From: Eledone cirrhosa
Taxonomy: Eukaryota
Assembly (NCBI GenBank): GCA_964016885.1
Contig: OZ024745.1
Span: 73,222,001-73,286,000 of the forward strand
Direction of reading: 5' to 3'
DNA: 64,000 nucleotides
A program made the position numbers and the translations under genes. Shown one piece after another: positions 61,220 to 64,000 of the stretch. The notes beneath the pieces were generated by a model that saw only the letters and a program-made list of their open reading frames with translations, was not told where the DNA came from and did not search any database. How positions within the stretch are numbered: position 1 is the stretch's first letter; the number at the start of each line of letters is the position of its first letter.

Positions 61220-61675
61220 GAAAAAGAGATGAAATCGAAAATGCAACTGAAGTCTTATTTTTCTAAAAAATATATATATTTATTTGGTTCCTTTACCGGT
61301 TTCGCAGTTCTTCTGCTTTTCAAAAGGTGAGTTGAGATGGAGGGTCTGTGGGATGTGATAAAAACCATGTGGGATGTGAGAAAAACCATGTGAGAAAAAC
61401 CACAGACCCTCCATCTCAAGAGAAAAACCATGTGAGAAAACCATGTGGGATGTGAGAAAAACCATGTGAGAAAAACCACAGACCCTTCATCTCAACTCAC
61501 CTTTTGAAAAGCAGAAGAACTGCGAAACCGGTATAGGAACCAAATAAATATATATATTTTTTAGAAAAATAAGACTTCAGTTGCATTTTCGATTTCATCT
61601 ATTTTTCTTTATACTTTCACTCGTGTAGGACACCTCGGTTATTTTTCATTTTGTAAAAATAACCTCACTTTCTAA
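61219..61675. mobile_element. ORF-less palindromic Penelope-like cassette with a reiterated spacer
   Basis: 133-bp inverted arms 61219-61351 and 61476-61608, tail 61609-61675. Confidence 0.75.
61500..61537 (+). ncRNA. Variant-core hammerhead-like motif (mirror copy on minus at 61290-61327)
   Basis: CCTT-TTGAAAA-GCAG aagaa CTGC-GAAA-CCGG-TA-(T/A)AGG. Confidence 0.6.
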
Positions 61676-61701
61676 TGTATATATATATATATATATGTAT
61701 A

Positions 61702-61780
<79 letters not shown>

Positions 61781-61908
61781 ATATATATATATATATATGT
61801 GTATATATATATGTATATATATGTATATATATGTATATATATGTATGTATATATGTATATATATATGTATATATGTATATATGTATGTATATATGTATAT
61901 ATATTTAT

Positions 61909-62545
61909 GTCAGGTCACCAGTTGGTGCTACTGGTAACATGTATCCCAGTACAACCTGTCTCATGGTCGGGTCGTTGGCGACTAAACTGGCAACCCCACC
62001 AAGGTTTCTTGGTGAGGAGGGTGACTTTGGACATCCTGCAGGACTAAAAACAAAACCTGTCAAAGGGCAAAGGAGCTCTTAAGAGTCAATGGCCATCCAA
62101 AATCACCGGGAGAGATGACCCCTTTAGCCTTAGTCAAGGCAGAATTCTAGGAGAAGGAAAACTCTGATATAACACCTGCAACCCTGATGGTATCCAATGA
62201 TGTTGACTTGTTCTTCTTTTTGGTAAATAGCATCTTGGTTAAGAGAGTGGGACTGGCTTTGTGCAGTGCCTTTGCTCACTATAAAAGCTTCACGGCACAG
62301 GCATTGCTTTATATCTGGAGATCTCTCTGCACTTGTCCTCACATGAGCCCAGCACTATGTGTCAATAATTGTCCTACCATGGGCCTAGCACTATGTGTCA
62401 ATAATTGTCACAGGTGTAGTGTTTGTACCAGAGGTTTCAAGTCGCTGGCTGGACTAAAAAGTCACACTCGTTCAGCGCTTCGGTAGGGGTTATCCTACAT
62501 GGATGTAAAGTAGTGGCCGTACTCGAAAACGAGTTGGCAGCCACC
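61909..62545 (+). mobile_element. Non-autonomous RTE-derived element, copy 5
   Basis: Near-identical to copy 4, with a small internal duplication near 62347-62410. Confidence 0.8.
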
Positions 62546-63020
62546 ATATGTATGTATATATGTATATATATGTATGTATATATATATATATATGTATGTA
62601 TATATATGTATATATATATATGTATATATATGTATATATATGTATGTATATATATGTATATATATGTATATATGTATATATATATATATATGTATATATA
62701 TGTATATATATATGTATATATATGTATATATATGTATATATATGTATGTATATGTATGTATATATATGTATATATATGTATATGTATATATATGTATATA
62801 TATGTATATGTATATATATGTATATGTATATATATGTATATATATGTATATGTATATATATGTATATATATGTATATATATGTATATATATGTATATATA
62901 TATATGTATATATATATATATGTATATATATGTATATATGTATATATATGTATATATATATATGTATATATATATATATGTATATATATGTATATATATA
63001 TATGTATATATATGTATATA

Positions 63021-64000
63021 TAACTTTGAATAACTTTGAAATGTTTTGGCCAGTATTGGCCCAGGCCATGTCTAACTTAATAGCACCACCTGGCGAAGTC
63101 TTTCAATTCAGGATTTGGGCACCATGGCCCATTCGAGAAGAGAATTACTGTTTGCGGAGACATATCCGGGTGTGGGTGGTTTGTCCGGGATTACTTGGAG
63201 GAATTTGTCCAAAGACTTCTTGAATCTTGTGTGGTCAGTTTCTGTTTTGACGTGTCCTGGTGTGATGTTGAAGAGAGCAGGGCCGATTGAGGTGAAATAA
63301 TTGTGCCGTATTGTTGTTATGAGTTGCGATTTAGATTTTTGAATGGGACGGATAGCACGGGGCCCAAGCCTTGGGTGTATCTTGAAGGCGATGCCAACAT
63401 CATTTGGGCAGTGATGATGGAACATTTTCCACATCATGCAGATAATATAACGCTCACGGCGACGTTGGAGTGAGTAAAGTTTCAGGTTTTCCAATCGACC
63501 CCAGTAGTCAAGGTCTGACATGCCATCTATCTTTTTCGTGATTGCCCTTTGAGGAGCTTCAAGTTTCATGATACTTTGTTTCGTGTGGGGAGACCACAGT
63601 GGACAACAGTATTCAAGGTGTGGTCGGGCGAAAGTAGAGAAGAGAAGGATAATGGTGCGGGAATCTCTCGACTGGAAGGTTCTGAGGATCCAGGAACACA
63701 TTCTGCGGGCCATGTCAACTTTGCTGCTTATATGCGTGGTCCAGCTTATGTTGCTGTCCACGGTTACTCCCAAGTCTCTGATGTTGTTAGATGCCACGAG
63801 AGTTTCCCCGGAGGGAAGGGAGTACGGGAGTTTCAGAGCATCCTCTTTTCCAAAGTGGATCAGTTCGAATTTGTCTTCGTTCAGTAACATGTTGTTCTTT
63901 TCTGCCCATTGGGTAACAGCCAGTAGGTCTGACTGAAGGCTTATCCGGTCATCCACGCCATTGATGACCTTTTGGAGCTTGGAATCATCAGCGAAAATTT
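63021..64000 (-). mobile_element. CR1-group LINE, 3' part (runs off the window)
   Basis: Appears identical to 57061-58040. Confidence 0.93.

Noticed and set aside
61352-61475. CRISPR-like short repeat array (also 56463-56515)
   Set aside because: No unique spacers, no cas genes, eukaryotic context
42721-63936. Repeated antisense ORFs (112-122 aa) in CR1 and RTE copies
   Set aside because: Shadows of the RT ORF, repeated only because the copies are nearly identical

Overview
Eukaryotic (animal) genomic DNA, very likely an octopus or other coleoid cephalopod. That is an inference from the SINE, RTE and microsatellite types. No intact host gene is visible. About 20 kb (one third of the window) is imperfect (TA)n microsatellite studded with G, and almost every long ORF in the supplied track is an artefact of it. 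The arrays are packed with nested, mostly 5'-truncated retroelements of several lineages: (i) three related RTE-clade LINE families with (GAT)n tails and a PHD-like finger, one copy near full length (about 31.8-35.9 kb); (ii) a young CR1-group LINE (4 copies); (iii) a non-autonomous bipartite RTE derivative (5 copies, all on +); (iv) tRNA-derived SINEs; (v) many Penelope-like element (PLE) pieces, including RT and GIY-YIG ORFs. An AT-rich island at about 24.7-31 kb holds a decayed DD37D (maT) Tc1/mariner transposon and two possible micro-exons. The main hidden signal is about nine loci with minimal type-I hammerhead ribozyme motifs. Most lie in short, ORF-less, palindromic PLE-like cassettes inserted in (TA)n, and some cassettes show reiterated short repeats at the fold-back point. 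All structures were folded by eye and no database search was run.
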